The notes: a model not told the origin generated them from the sequence alone. Positions 12,059-24,082 are shown, numbered from the whole stretch's first letter. The stretch: 63,237 nucleotides of DNA, filler included, from Octopus bimaculoides (GCF_001194135.2; 6 parts of 5 records of this genome joined end to end with filler, not necessarily neighbours in it), one strand, 5' to 3'. Program-made: numbers and translations.

Positions 12059-13320
12059 ATATATATATATATATATACATAGAGAGAATTCACAAAAAAC
12101 AATAGACGGAGACATGTAACGTTGAAAACAAATAGATGTATTAGTGTAACGCTCGGGAATTGAGAAAGTCTTTAACGTTTCGAGCCTACGCTCTTCTACA
12201 GAAGGGAACAGGGAAAGAAAGAAGGAGAGAAAAAGATGTCTTTAGTGGTCAGCGATCTATCATGGCAAATGCCGGACAAAAGGATCACACAGGAAAGTTA
12301 GGAAGAAGGGGAGATAACAAAGTAGTAGTAATCTCAAAACGAAGGTGCGTGTGTGTAGGAGAATGCTGGTGATCTTAACATATGCATATGTATATGTAGC
12401 TATGAAGGTGTGAAAATGTGGGGATGGTAATTTGTCAGTGTTGGTGTGTGCGTGGTGGTGCGTTGTAAAGTGATGTGTTGTGAGGTAGGGTGTAGCGTGG
12501 TGTGGTGTGATCGTGATGGGAGTTGGGAGAGGCGAGAGTGGGGAAAGGANNNNNNNNNNNNNNNNNNNNNNNNNNNNNNNNNNNNNNNNNNNNNNNNNNN
12601 NNNNNNNNNNNNNNNNNNNNNNNNNNNNNNNNNNNNNNNNNNNNNNNNNNNNNNNNNNNNNNNNNNNNNNNNNNNNNNNNNNNNNNNNNNNNNNNNNNNN
12701 NNNNNNNNNNNNNNNNNNNNNNNNNNNNNNNNNNNNNNNNNNNNNNNNNNNNNNNNNNNNNNNNNNNNNNNNNNNNNNNNNNNNNNNNNNNNNNNNNNNN
12801 NNNNNNNNNNNNNNNNNNNNNNNNNNNNNNNNNNNNNNNNNNNNNNNNNNNNNNNNNNNNNNNNNNNNNNNNNNNNNNNNNNNNNNNNNNNNNNNNNNNN
12901 NNNNNNNNNNNNNNNNNNNNNNNNNNNNNNNNNNNNNNNNNNNNNNNNNNNNNNNNNNNNNNNNNNNNNNNNNNNNNNNNNNNNNNNNNNNNNNNNNNNN
13001 NNNNNNNNNNNNNNNNNNNNNNNNNNNNNNNNNNNNNNNNNNNNNNNNNNNNNNNNNNNNNNNNNNNNNNNNNNNNNNNNNNNNNNNNNNNNNNNNNNNN
13101 NNNNNNNNNNNNNNNNNNNNNNNNNNNNNNNNNNNNNNNNNNNNNNNNNNNNNNNNNNNNNNNNNNNNNNNNNNNNNNNNNNNNNNNNNNNNNNNNNTAT
13201 ATATATATATATATATTTGACAGGAAGAACAACAAAAGAAAGAAAGAGACCTCGATATTATGCAAATAGAGCAATTTATCTGTACAAATATGAGACAATT
13301 ATTCAGTAGCCATAATAAAA

Positions 13321-13400
13321 CTACGAGTTTCGGATGCCAGGGCCGATAACTGAAGAGATGTTGGCGTGGGCTCCCACACTGGCATCCGAAACTCGTAGTC
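13321..13400 (+). ncRNA. Hammerhead-like core between perfect 20-bp inverted repeats (stem I incomplete)
   Basis: CUGAAGA 13350-13356, stem II, GAAACUCGUAGUC ending at 13400. Inverted repeats at 13321-13340 and 13379-13398. Confidence 0.45.
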
Positions 13401-13562
13401 ACATATTTTTACAGATATATATATGTATGTGTTCATATGATGATATCTCCACAATGTGTTGATGAGATAAACATGTAATCGCTACCGAAATAGCAAGAGA
13501 TTTCCCCCCAAAGCTCTATAGTAGACTCCTTATGGGTCGATCTCCTTGGTAATATATCAAAG

Positions 13563-14341
13563 ATTTAAATGAGTGTTTTGACGCTTATATCCATTATTAT
13601 TGACGTTTATTTCCTATGTCAACATTTCTGTATAAGGTTGTATTTACCTGTCAATTCAAGTTAAATAATTAAATTACCTTACACATCCTCAGGGTAAAAG
13701 GTAAAAGAGTAAACACCAAAAGCATAGTCTCTAAGTCTGGTTCATATTCAAATTTCGCATTTACGAAATTCCTCCTTAAATAAAGGTCCGTCTAAGGGAG
13801 AAAACCCTCATAATCTTAATTATAAGCAATCAAATATTATAAATTATTGATTCCTGGTAATAAATTCTAAATCAATTGCAATCTATACTATATTATCTCT
13901 AGAATCTTTAGCAAATAAACGCAAATACAATTGTTATTGGTAAATTATACATTGATATGCCCTGCCTTTAAACCTAATATCATACTATAATATACTATAA
14001 TACACGATCATACTGAAATTTATAATTTATTTAAACCAGTGAAATGTGTGTCTCGGATAATGGCTACATCTGAAAGCATTATATGTGAGTTTATTTATTA
14101 ACTTACCCTTAGAGAATAATATAAAATATAGTTCTAGATTACACAGCGAGCAATATATCTGACCTTTGTCATAAGGGAAAGGTTTCCCAATAATTGACCA
14201 TTCTAACGAATATTGCGTTTTTTCCTTCCGTCAGTTCCCAAATGAATTTACTAGTACTCGCTATTTTACTTCTATCTCTAAAGTTACTATAATGATTAGA
14301 TAATCTTTTACAGATTTGTCCCGAAGAACACCCCAAGTATG
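13563..14341 (-). mobile_element. Inverted pseudo-LTR copy of a Naiad-type Penelope-like element (GIY-YIG C-terminal part + 3' UTR)
   Basis: Reverse complement of 14699-15445; encodes YLGCSSGQICKRLSNHYSNFRDRSKIAST. Confidence 0.85.
13610..13699 (-). ncRNA. Type-I minimal hammerhead ribozyme, intact core
   Basis: Minus strand: UUUUACC-CUGAGGA-stem II UGUGUAAGGU/ACCUUAUACA (10 bp, one GU)-GAA-stem III AUGU(UG)ACAU-A-GGAAA. AUA triplet; predicted cut between 13615 and 13614. Confidence 0.75.
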
Positions 14342-14477
14342 GTAAAATTATTAATACACATATTATTAGCTTTGGTTTCTCAAACACTATGAACTTAGCC
14401 CAAATAATGGCAGCTCATAATTTTAAAATACTTAGATCAAAGGGAATTGGGGAGGATAGCGATGTGAACCCTGATAT

Positions 14478-14478
14478 A

Positions 14479-14531
<53 letters not shown>

Positions 14532-14538
14532 CAACAAC

Positions 14539-14583
<45 letters not shown>
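14478..14583 (+). repeat. (AAT/AAC)n microsatellite, in frame as poly-Asn in the PLE linker
   Basis: Trinucleotide run translated as poly-N in ORF 14389-14601. Confidence 0.9.
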
Positions 14584-14586
<3 letters not shown>

Positions 14587-15328
14587 GTGATTACAATATG
14601 AGAGGTTAACCCCAGAAGATTGAAGTTTGAAGGCCCAAATGTGACAGTGAAAAATGCAGTTTATCAATGTAAGGTAAAGACTCAGACAGATGTTAGCCTA
14701 TACTTGGGGTGTTCTTCGGGACAAATCTGTAAAAGATTATCTAATCATTATAGTACCTTTAGAGATAGAAGTAAAATAGCGAGTACTAGTCTTAGTAAAT
14801 TCATTTGGGAACTTAAGGATAAAAAAAAGCAATATTCGTTAGAATGTCCACTTATTGGGAAGTATTTCCCTTATGGCAAAGGTAAGGGATATTGCTCGAT
14901 GTGTTATCTAGAACAACATTTTATATTATTCTCTAAAGGTAAGTTAATAAAGAAACTAACATATAATGCTTTCAGATGTAGCCATTATCCGAGACACACA
15001 TTTCTCTGGTTTAAATAAATTATAAATTTCAGTATGATCGGGTATTATAGTATATTATAGTACGATACTAGGTTTAAAGGCAGGGCATATCAATGTATAA
15101 TTTACCAATAACAATTGTATTTGTGTTTATTTGCTAAAGTTTCTAGAGATAATATAATATAGATTTCCATTGATTTAGAATTTATTACCAGGAATCAATA
15201 ATTTGTAATATTTGATTGCTTATAATTAAGATTATGAGGATTTTCTCCCTTAGACGGACCTTTATTTAAGGAGAAATTTGAATATCAACCAGACTTAGAG
15301 ACTATGTTTTTGGTGTTTACTCTTTACC

Positions 15329-15398
15329 TTTTACCCTGAGGATGTGTAAGGTAATTTACTTATTTAACTTGAATTGACAGAAATGTTGACATAGGAAA
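15329..15398 (+). ncRNA. Hammerhead ribozyme, stem II damaged by deletion (twin of 13610-13699)
   Basis: CUGAGGA 15336-15342 and GAAAUGUUGACAUAGGAAA 15380-15398 are present, but the 20-nt segment holding the 3' arm of stem II is missing. Confidence 0.55.
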
Positions 15399-17000
15399 TA
15401 CACTTCAATAATAATGGATATTAGCGTCAGAACTCTCATTTAAATTTTATATACATATATATTTCATTAGTAAATTTTCAAAGCCATCACAAAAATTGTT
15501 ACTGAGAGTTTCACGTTGCCGTTCGTCGGACAGTTTTAGTTGAGCATGGAACAAAATATGGTTATAATCATGCTACTAGGATTAAAATGTCAACTGAAAA
15601 AAAATATTTGGGTAAAAATATTTGGCTTACGAAAAATTCTTTTGACTTTCACGTTTGAATTTGGCTTTTACACCTAAGATGTAGACATCTTTTAGTTTTA
15701 CAATGTTGATGCATATTTCCCCTTCCAATTTTACATTCGACATTTAACAAAGCCTTCGATTGTTTTGCAATGTTAAAATTTGAATTGTGTCGACGTTAAA
15801 TTTTCACTCATATTTTACTCGTTTTCATATTTAAACTTTAAATTATTATTTCAAAGTTATATATATTTGACAATTTACATATTTATATTACATTTTATTA
15901 TATTATAGTAATTTATTGTAAAATTTTTTATTTTAATATTCTATACACCATAGATATTTTAAATATATCTATATGCGTATATATGTTAGCATATATATAT
16001 ATATATTTTGATGTGAATATATGTATGTAGATATATATCTACGTATATGGTTATTTGTATATTTTTCTGCGGGTCTGTATGTGTCTTACTATTGCATGTA
16101 CGTATGCATTTATGTAGATATACATGCAGTTTTATGTGAGCGGCTGTAAGCTTACTGAAGCATCTAACATTTGTTCCTCTTTTTAGGAACCCAATTTCTA
16201 AATAATTTCTATCTCTCTCTCCCTCTAGTTATCTATCTATATATCTATCTATTTTTGTCTTTCTCTTTCTTTTTCCTTTCTCCCACCACTTCTTTTTTTT
16301 TCTTTTTCTTTCTACCACCACTTATTATTCTATTATTTTCTTTTCCATTTCTTTCTCTAGATTGTAACAACTACGTTGTATATTTGAAATAGACACGGAG
16401 AAATATTATGTGCGTATAAGTATGCATGTGGATACCTATATATGCATTTGTATATATTTATGTTTTATCTGTATTTATTTGTATATGTATGTAGGCATGT
16501 ATCAACGTTTATATCTTCAATGTATATATGTATATATAGCGTTTCTTGGTATGTGTTTGTATTACTGAATGTATATGTATTTTTTATGATGTCAGTTTTT
16601 GTAAATGTTTTTATGTTAAACGAACACATCTTTTGTTTAAGTTTATTTTACCATTAATTAATTTACCCTGGACATACAGGTTTTTCCCATTCTACTAAAG
16701 CTAATTTTTGACTTAAGGTTTTCTTAGATTTTTACAATAATATGATATTATATCATGATTATAATTTCATATAAGCGGTTGTTGAAAACACTGTTAGATG
16801 AAAGGATCAATGAAAAAAAAAAATCTATTTTCAAACGTGTATCTATCTACATAAATGTATGTTTAGGAATATAACCATATTTTGTTCCATTTTCAATCAA
16901 AATTGTTCGATGAACGGTTTTTGTGATGTCTTTGAAATTTTATTAATAAACTATTAGAGTACTATTTTCCCACCTTGTTGCACATTTATGTGCTTACTCT

Positions 17001-17039
<39 letters not shown>

Positions 17040-17050
17040 GAGAATATATG

Positions 17051-17087
<37 letters not shown>

Positions 17088-19256
17088 ATACATGTACATA
17101 TATATATATATGTATATGTATATNNNNNNNNNNNNNNNNNNNNNNNNNNNNNNNNNNNNNNNNNNNNNNNNNNNNNNNNNNNNNNNNNNNNNNNNNNNNN
17201 NNNNNNNNNNNNNNNNNNNNNNNNNNNNNNNNNNNNNNNNNNNNNNNNNNNNNNNNNNNNNNNNNNNNNNNNNNNNNNNNNNNNNNNNNNNNNNNNNNNN
17301 NNNNNNNNNNNNNNNNNNNNNNNNNNNNNNNNNNNNNNNNNNNNNNNNNNNNNNNNNNNNNNNNNNNNNNNNNNNNNNNNNNNNNNNNNNNNNNNNNNNN
17401 NNNNNNNNNNNNNNNNNNNNNNNNNNNNNNNNNNNNNNNNNNNNNNNNNNNNNNNNNNNNNNNNNNNNNNNNNNNNNNNNNNNNNNNNNNNNNNNNNNNN
17501 NNNNNNNNNNNNNNNNNNNNNNNNNNNNNNNNNNNNNNNNNNNNNNNNNNATATACAATATGTATATATGAATTCTGGGTCACATTGGAAACGGTTTCTT
17601 ATACTTTTCTTGATCAATGAACTAATATGTAAATATCTTTCATAAAAAGAAAAAAACGTTGCTACAGTTTAATAGACGGATATGTTGCCGTCATTCTGTC
17701 CTTGTAGATAAAGTAATTGTAATAAAGGTGTGTGACAGGTCAAATTACACAGTATACATCTGTAGTTACTTATCATCTGTGGTTACATTTCGCTTCGAAG
17801 TACTGCTAGGAACAGGAAATTATTTATACATTGTCATCGTTTGCAGGTGAAAAGTTTTCTCGCAATCATAATATGCAATCTAGTAATGGTACCAAAAGGA
17901 ACAAAAACATACAACACCAAACTGATAAAGCAATAAATTTGCAACCTACCCACAAATAGATTAGTGCATTGTATAATTTCAAAAGAGATTTCTTTCATAC
18001 ATTTCTCAGTTATTAAAGTAAACAGAAATGCCAATAATATATTATCCATGTTCATATCACTGCTGGCAGTGTCATTAATCAATGAAGTACAATCTTCTAT
18101 TGATGGGAGCATAACGTATTCCTATTGAATACATGCAGGATAAATACATGATATATAATCAATATTGGGATTAAATAATATAATGCTCCTTTATTGGAAG
18201 TTATCCTATCATATACAAATATCAGTGATTACTGATTTTCATTCACGCAAATTTTACGTTTTGCAACTCATAATTTGTGTTTGTGTATTTGTATGTATGT
18301 ATGTATGTATATATGTATGCATGTGTCCGTATGTATGTATGTATGTATGTATGCATGCATATATGTATGTGTGTATGTATGTTTGAATGTATGCTTTATT
18401 TGTATATATCATAAATATATAACTGTATACATGCCTAATATATATATATACACATAGATATACATATGTACACACACACACACATATATATATATATGCA
18501 CACATATGTATGCATTGTATATATGTTATTATATATATAATATTTGTTATATATTTTCGGCGAGTTAACTTAGCGTCAACTATAATGAAATTCTCGTATA
18601 TTTAATGCATCTTCAGTCTAATGAGTAGCTAGTTCAGTACTCGTCATTGAGCAATTATTATATCACAAGATCTCCTCACTAGGAAACATATGTAGCCCGA
18701 ATTTTACCTGTTCCACTCACACAAATTTGATCTAAATACATACATACATACATACCCCCCCCCACACACATATTTATATATATATANNNNNNNNNNNNNN
18801 NNNNNNNNNNNNNNNNNNNNNNNNNNNNNNNNNNNNNNNNNNNNNNNNNNNNNNNNNNNNNNNNNNNNNNNNNNNNNNNNNNNNNNNNNNNNNNNNNNNN
18901 NNNNNNNNNNNNNNNNNNNNNNNNNNNNNNNNNNNNNNNNNNNNNNNNNNNNNNNNNNNNNNNNNNNNNNNNNNNNNNNNNNNNNNNNNNNNNNNNNNNN
19001 NNNNNNNNNNNNNNNNNNNNNNNNNNNNNNNNNNNNNNNNNNNNNNNNNNNNNNNNNNNNNNNNNNNNNNNNNNNNNNNNNNNNNNNNNNNNNNNNNNNN
19101 NNNNNNNNNNNNNNNNNNNNNNNNNNNNNNNNNNNNNNNNNNNNNNNNNNNNNNNNNNNNNNNNNNNNNNNNNNNNNNNNNNNNNNNNNNNNNNNNNNNN
19201 NNNNNNNNNNNNNNNNNNNNNNNNNNNNNNNNNNNNNNNNNNNNNNNNNNNNNNNN

Positions 19257-19295
<39 letters not shown>

Positions 19296-19717
19296 ACCCT
19301 CCGTTGCAATTTTGCCTAAAACTAATATTGTTTAACTTTTACAACGCATAAGTGTGTGTGTGTATGTATCTATGTGTGTCTGTATGTATGTATGAATTCA
19401 TCTCACAAACTAATAATTTTATCCACAAACTCAGGTGGTGACCCTTACATTTTGATATTAATATTAGCAACAGAATAATATTCAATTTGGTGAGCAAATT
19501 TGAAAACACAACACCTAATAATCTAACGCTATATCGATCCTACCCCTCTTATGACATTTTGCCAAATGCAATGATTTAGTTATTATAATTTAATGTCTTA
19601 GTCTTCATTGAAACAGCTGTAAGAGAATATGTTGGATTTTTGCAGATGATAAATTATACCAATGTTAGATCTCTGTTTTCTAAATTTTCTTTATATATAT
19701 ATATATATATATATTAG

Positions 19718-21591
19718 TTCAGTCGGACAAAACGGGAAATTTATACAAACTGTCTAAGGATAAATATATGGAACTACTGAAGAAAGAGATAGAAAAAACT
19801 ATAAGACTACCAACAGCAATATTCTACGAGAAGCTAACTTGGATGCTAAGGAAATTATGTTAAAATACAATCTGCAAGATAGGACTGAACCTATGGTCCC
19901 TAAACAACCTCGATTTGTTCTTAAGGACCATAACTTAAATTTTTGGTCTAACCCGTCTCTACGTCTTATTTGTCCCTCTAGGTCTGACTTAGGCATTCTG
20001 AGTAAAAACATTCTGGACAAATATATACCCACTATAATTAATAAGTAAAAGCTGAAACTTTGGTCTAACTCTTCTCAAGTTATAGATTGGTTTAATTGAA
20101 TCAAGGATAAGAATAATACCAAATTCATACAGTTTGTCATTTCTAGTTTCTACTCCTCTATTAACCCTATTATCCTTAACAAAGCGCTTTGGTTTGCACA
20201 CAATAAAGCAGGTCTATCTGGGAGGAAATTAATGTAATTTTAGTGGCCCGTAAATCTATCATTAAATTTAACAATAAACTTTGGATCCGTAAGGATGCTC
20301 CGGAGGCATTTGATGTTCCTATGGGAAGTTCGGACTCAGCTCAAATAGCCGATGTGGTCTGTTCGTATGTATTATATGAAATGGCAGACCAGTTCCCTAA
20401 TATTAAGGGAGGTCTTTATAGGGACGATTGTCTGCTATACCTCCATAAGGCCTGNNNNNNNNNNNNNNNNNNNNNNNNNNNNNNNNNNNNNNNNNNNNNN
20501 NNNNNNNNNNNNNNNNATTTGATGTTCCTATGGGAAGTTCGGACTCAGCTCAAATAGCCGATGTGGTCTGTTCGTATGTATTATATGAAATGGCAGACCA
20601 GTTCCCTAATATTAAGGGAGGTCTTTATAGGGACGATTGTCTGCTATACCTCCATAAGGCCTGTGCCCAGGGTATACAAAAAGTTTAAAATAGATTAGCC
20701 ATATTCTCCAAAAGAACGGGCTTTGGCATTGTTTTTGAGGATGAGGTCTCTGTGGCAAACTTTCTGGACGTTATCTTAGATTTACACAGTAATACTCATT
20801 TCCCATTCCATATGCCTTCAACTAATCTCAAGTACATAATCCCCTTTAGTAACCATCCAAGACATATAACCAGTAATTTGGTTAGGGATATCTCAATTAG
20901 GCTTTCCAAACTTTCTTCTAACTCCCAAATTTTCAATAAGGAGGCTGATTTCTATAATTCAGCCTTATTAAGGGCTGGCTATAAGGAAAAGGTAATGTAC
21001 ATTAACTCTTCTAGTGATCATTCTCCTTCTACACAACATGATACCCCCTTTTCTAGCGTAGATGAAACCATTTCTATTCCTTCCATTCTTCTCACTTTAC
21101 TGAGAAAGTGGGTCATCCTCTTAACTCACATAAGAGAAGTACCCCAACTGGCCCCAAATCCTAATAGAAGCAGGTTTTTGAGTGCGAATTCAAGGACCAA
21201 AAATGTAGTTTATCAATGCAAGGTAACGTCTAACACTGATGTCGCATACTATGTAGGTAGCTCATCGACACAGGTGTCCAAGAGAATCTCGAATCATTAT
21301 TCGTCGTTTAGAGATAGAAATAAAGCTAGCACTACTGGCCTAAATAAATTTATTTGGGAACTGAAGGATCGCAATAAGCAATTCTCTTTGGAATGGTCCA
21401 TACTGGCCACCTCAGTTGCCTATGGCAAGGGGAGGGAGTTCTGCCCTCTTTGTAACTTGGAGCTTTTTTATATCCTGTTCTCCAAGAATCGCCTAGTTAA
21501 CCAAATCACTCAGAGGGCGTACCGCTGTCAGCACTTCAAGAAAACATACCTTATTTTATTACCGTTAGCTCCATCATTTGTACTAGGTTAG
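19718..21591 (+). pseudogene. Naiad-type Penelope-like element ORF (RT + C-terminal GIY-YIG), decayed
   Basis: SDKTGNLYKL...LKDHNLNF...LRLICPSRSDLG...FDVPMGSSDSAQIADVV...GLYRDD...NFLDVILDL...SNHP...KNVVYQCKV...YYVGSS...RISNHYSSF...FCPLCNLE...RCQH. Frameshifts near 19800 and 20220, with stops. Confidence 0.9.
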
Positions 21592-23055
21592 GTTTCAAGC
21601 AGTATTTTTATTATAGTTATTATTATTATAATTTTTTTTTTGTTTTACTAATATCCTATGAATATTTTCCACTTCATCGTCCACCACAACTTGCCTTTTC
21701 CCCTTCTATAGTTGATTAATTTTTTCCTTCCCAGTAATTACAGCTTAGGCTACTTTGTATCACCAGCTGCTTTCCCTTAGATCTGACCTTCTCCTTATTA
21801 GCATGTATATTCTTCTTATTATTATTTTTCAGCAAACACCCTGTACTTCGGTTTTTCATTGATTAGCGCTAACATAAGTATATTAATATATAACAGGTTA
21901 ATGGTATTTCATTTATCATGTTTATGTTCTTCGCTTCAAATCAGTATGTTATTAATCTTAATATTTTTTATAATCTTAAACAAAACACGTGTGTGTATGT
22001 GTACATATATGCATACGTGTGTTTGTGAGTGTGTGTGGGGGTGGGCGTGTATGTGTGTGTACGGGTGCATGTGTGTGTGTGTGTATGTATATGTGTGTGT
22101 ATATATATACATATATACAAGTGTATATATATATACAAATGCGTGTGCGTGTGTGTATGTGCATGCGTGCATATGTATGTGTGTGCGTGTGTGAGTGCTT
22201 GCATGTTTGTATATATACACGAATGTATGTATATAAACAGGTAAGCAAGTATAGGGGTGTGTGTGTGTGCATATCTATATGTGAAGGTTTCGGTATGGGT
22301 GTGTGTGTGTATGTGTATGAGTGTATGTGTGTGAATGGGTATGTATACATAAATATATGTACGTATATGTATGTGTGTGCACATGTACGAGCACGGGGCA
22401 TGTGTGTGTTTGTATGGGTATGTATACATGGGTGTATCTATATGTGTATATGCATGTGTCTGTTAATGTGCGTGCACGCACGTGTTTGTACATATGTATG
22501 TGCGCGCTCGCACACATATGTAAACATTCACTCTACTTATCTCCCCCATATACAAATAATTCTTTCGTTTCAACCTTTAGCATCACGTCAAAAACACCCT
22601 CCCTTTATATTTCTATGTAAACTAGCGTTCTTATTCTTAAAGCCCATGGAATAATATCGTTGACCCCTTTATATCTCTATGTAAACACACCTTCTAACGG
22701 TCACTGACCATGTAACATCTCAGCTCGTAAGTTAACCCATTATTTCGTTTTTGTCTTGCTATTCCATGTTTTATTATGAACTCCCTGAAGAGAAATAAAT
22801 GAGGAACCCCAACAGCTCTTTCTTCTTTGTGAAAGTCTATCATTTATTTCGAAACATATATGTAGGAATTAAAAAAAATTTAATTGACATGCGTTTTGCT
22901 CCATTTACTATTATCCATATCTTCTCAAAATGTATCACTTTAACTTGGTATATCAACCTGTAAAACGGCTGGGATATCTTGTTTTTTAGTGTAATTTTGC
23001 TACCTCTGGTAACTATTAACGTATTTAAATTATCGAAAGTTTTAATAACCGAGAT
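21592..23055 (+). mobile_element. 3' UTR / pseudo-LTR of the Penelope-like element, interrupted by a (GT/AT) low-complexity tract
   Basis: Directly follows the ORF stop, contains a hammerhead at 22779-22870 and ends at an artificial pad. The microsatellite mosaic spans about 21985-22520. Confidence 0.55.
22779..22870 (+). ncRNA. Type-I minimal hammerhead ribozyme, intact core
   Basis: AACUCC-CUGAAGA(22785-22791)-perfect 11-bp stem II GAAAUAAAUGA/UCAUUUAUUUC-GAA-palindromic stem III ACAUAUAUGU-A-GGAAUU. GUA triplet; predicted cut 3' of 22864. Confidence 0.85.
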
Positions 23056-23155
23056 NNNNNNNNNNNNNNNNNNNNNNNNNNNNNNNNNNNNNNNNNNNNT
23101 TAATTAATTAANNNNNNNNNNNNNNNNNNNNNNNNNNNNNNNNNNNNNNNNNNNN
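23056..23155. other. Artificial scaffold-joining pad
   Basis: 44 N + TTAATTAATTAA (23100-23111) + 44 N. Confidence 0.95.
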
Positions 23156-23292
23156 AGCGGTTTGGCAAAAGAGACCGATAGAATAAGTGCTAGGCTTAAA
23201 AAGAATAAGTCCTGGGGTTGATTTCCTCGACTAAAGGTGGTGCTCCAGCATGGCCGCAGTCAAATGACTGAACCCAGTAAAAGAGTAAAAGA
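23156..23292 (+). mobile_element. SINE family B, 3' part
   Basis: AGCGGTTTGGCAAAAGAGACCGATAGAATAAGTGCTAGGC...CAGTCAAATGACTGAACCCAGTAAAAGAGTAAAAG. Confidence 0.85.
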
Positions 23293-23849
23293 GACCATTT
23301 CTAATAATGACACAAGGCCAGCATACTCTTAACAAAACGAATTAGTAGATCTCATCAGCCTCGGCTAGTACTTGACTAAGAATTTGTTTCAGGGACCCTA
23401 GAAGATCGAAAGACAAAATGCAAAGGACTGAAACTGAATAACTCTAAGGAAGGAAGAAGTCAGATGGTTTGACTGGAATTGGTAAGCTGGAGAACGGCAC
23501 CAGGTTCCAGTCTGATTTGGCATGGTTTCTATGGCTGGATGCCCTTCCTAATGCCAACCACTCCAAGAGTGGTGCTTCTTACACTCCACTGACATGGGTG
23601 CTGGATACTTTATTTCCTATGGACTCCGGAGAGATGAAAGGCAAAATGCAACAAGCCGTAACCGAATAACTCCAAGATGGAAACTTTGTTTTAACAAGCT
23701 TAATGGTCAATACAATGGAGTTCTCCTCCTCGTCCACCTAAACACTGACCTTGGTGGGATTTGAACTTCAAATTAAAGAACCACAACAAATAGATCATCA
23801 TCATCAACTCTTGGACATTACTGCCCCAGGTCCTAGGACCCATTGGGTC

Positions 23850-24082
23850 AGTTACACAGTTTACATAATGTGTAAGTGACCAAGATCACAACACTACCCC
23901 TGAATGGGACGCCAGTCCCTCGTAGGGTTAACTCATTTACAGTTGAGTGGATTGAAGGAATGAAAATGAAATTTAAGTGTCTTTGCTCAAGAAAACAAAG
24001 GACCACCACTCGGTCTGGGAATCGAAACCACGACCTTTTTGATCGGGAGTACAACACCTTAACCACCAGATTACGCGACTTC
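23850..24082 (-). mobile_element. SINE family C-related copy
   Basis: Minus-strand head GAAGTCGCGTAATCTGGTGGTTAAGGTGTTGTACTCCCGATCAAAAAGGTCGTGGTTTCGATTCC, then CTTGAGCAAAGACACTT. Confidence 0.7.

Larger units (their letters stand above)
14342..15445 (+). mobile_element. 5'-truncated Naiad-type Penelope-like element: RT-EN linker, GIY-YIG endonuclease, 3' UTR
   Basis: GKIINTHIISFGFSNTMNLAQIMAAHNFKIL...KNAVYQCKV...LYLGCSSGQICKRLSNHYSTFRD...YCSMCYLEQHFILF...RCSH; one in-frame stop at 14599-14601. Confidence 0.85.

Noticed and set aside
12140-12215. Hammerhead-like CUGUAGA-A-GAG/CUC-GAAACGUU on the minus strand
   Set aside because: The invariant A6 is U, there is an extra base before stem II and stem I is only 2 bp; it is not a supportable ribozyme.
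14599-14601. In-frame TGA as possible selenocysteine (some Naiads are selenoproteins)
   Set aside because: It aligns with AGA (Arg, IREV) in the related copy at about 21130, so it is a nonsense mutation.
20097-20099. In-frame TGA in the RT as possible selenocysteine
   Set aside because: Not at a Cys position; the same ORF also has TAA stops and frameshifts, and I could not identify a SECIS by eye.
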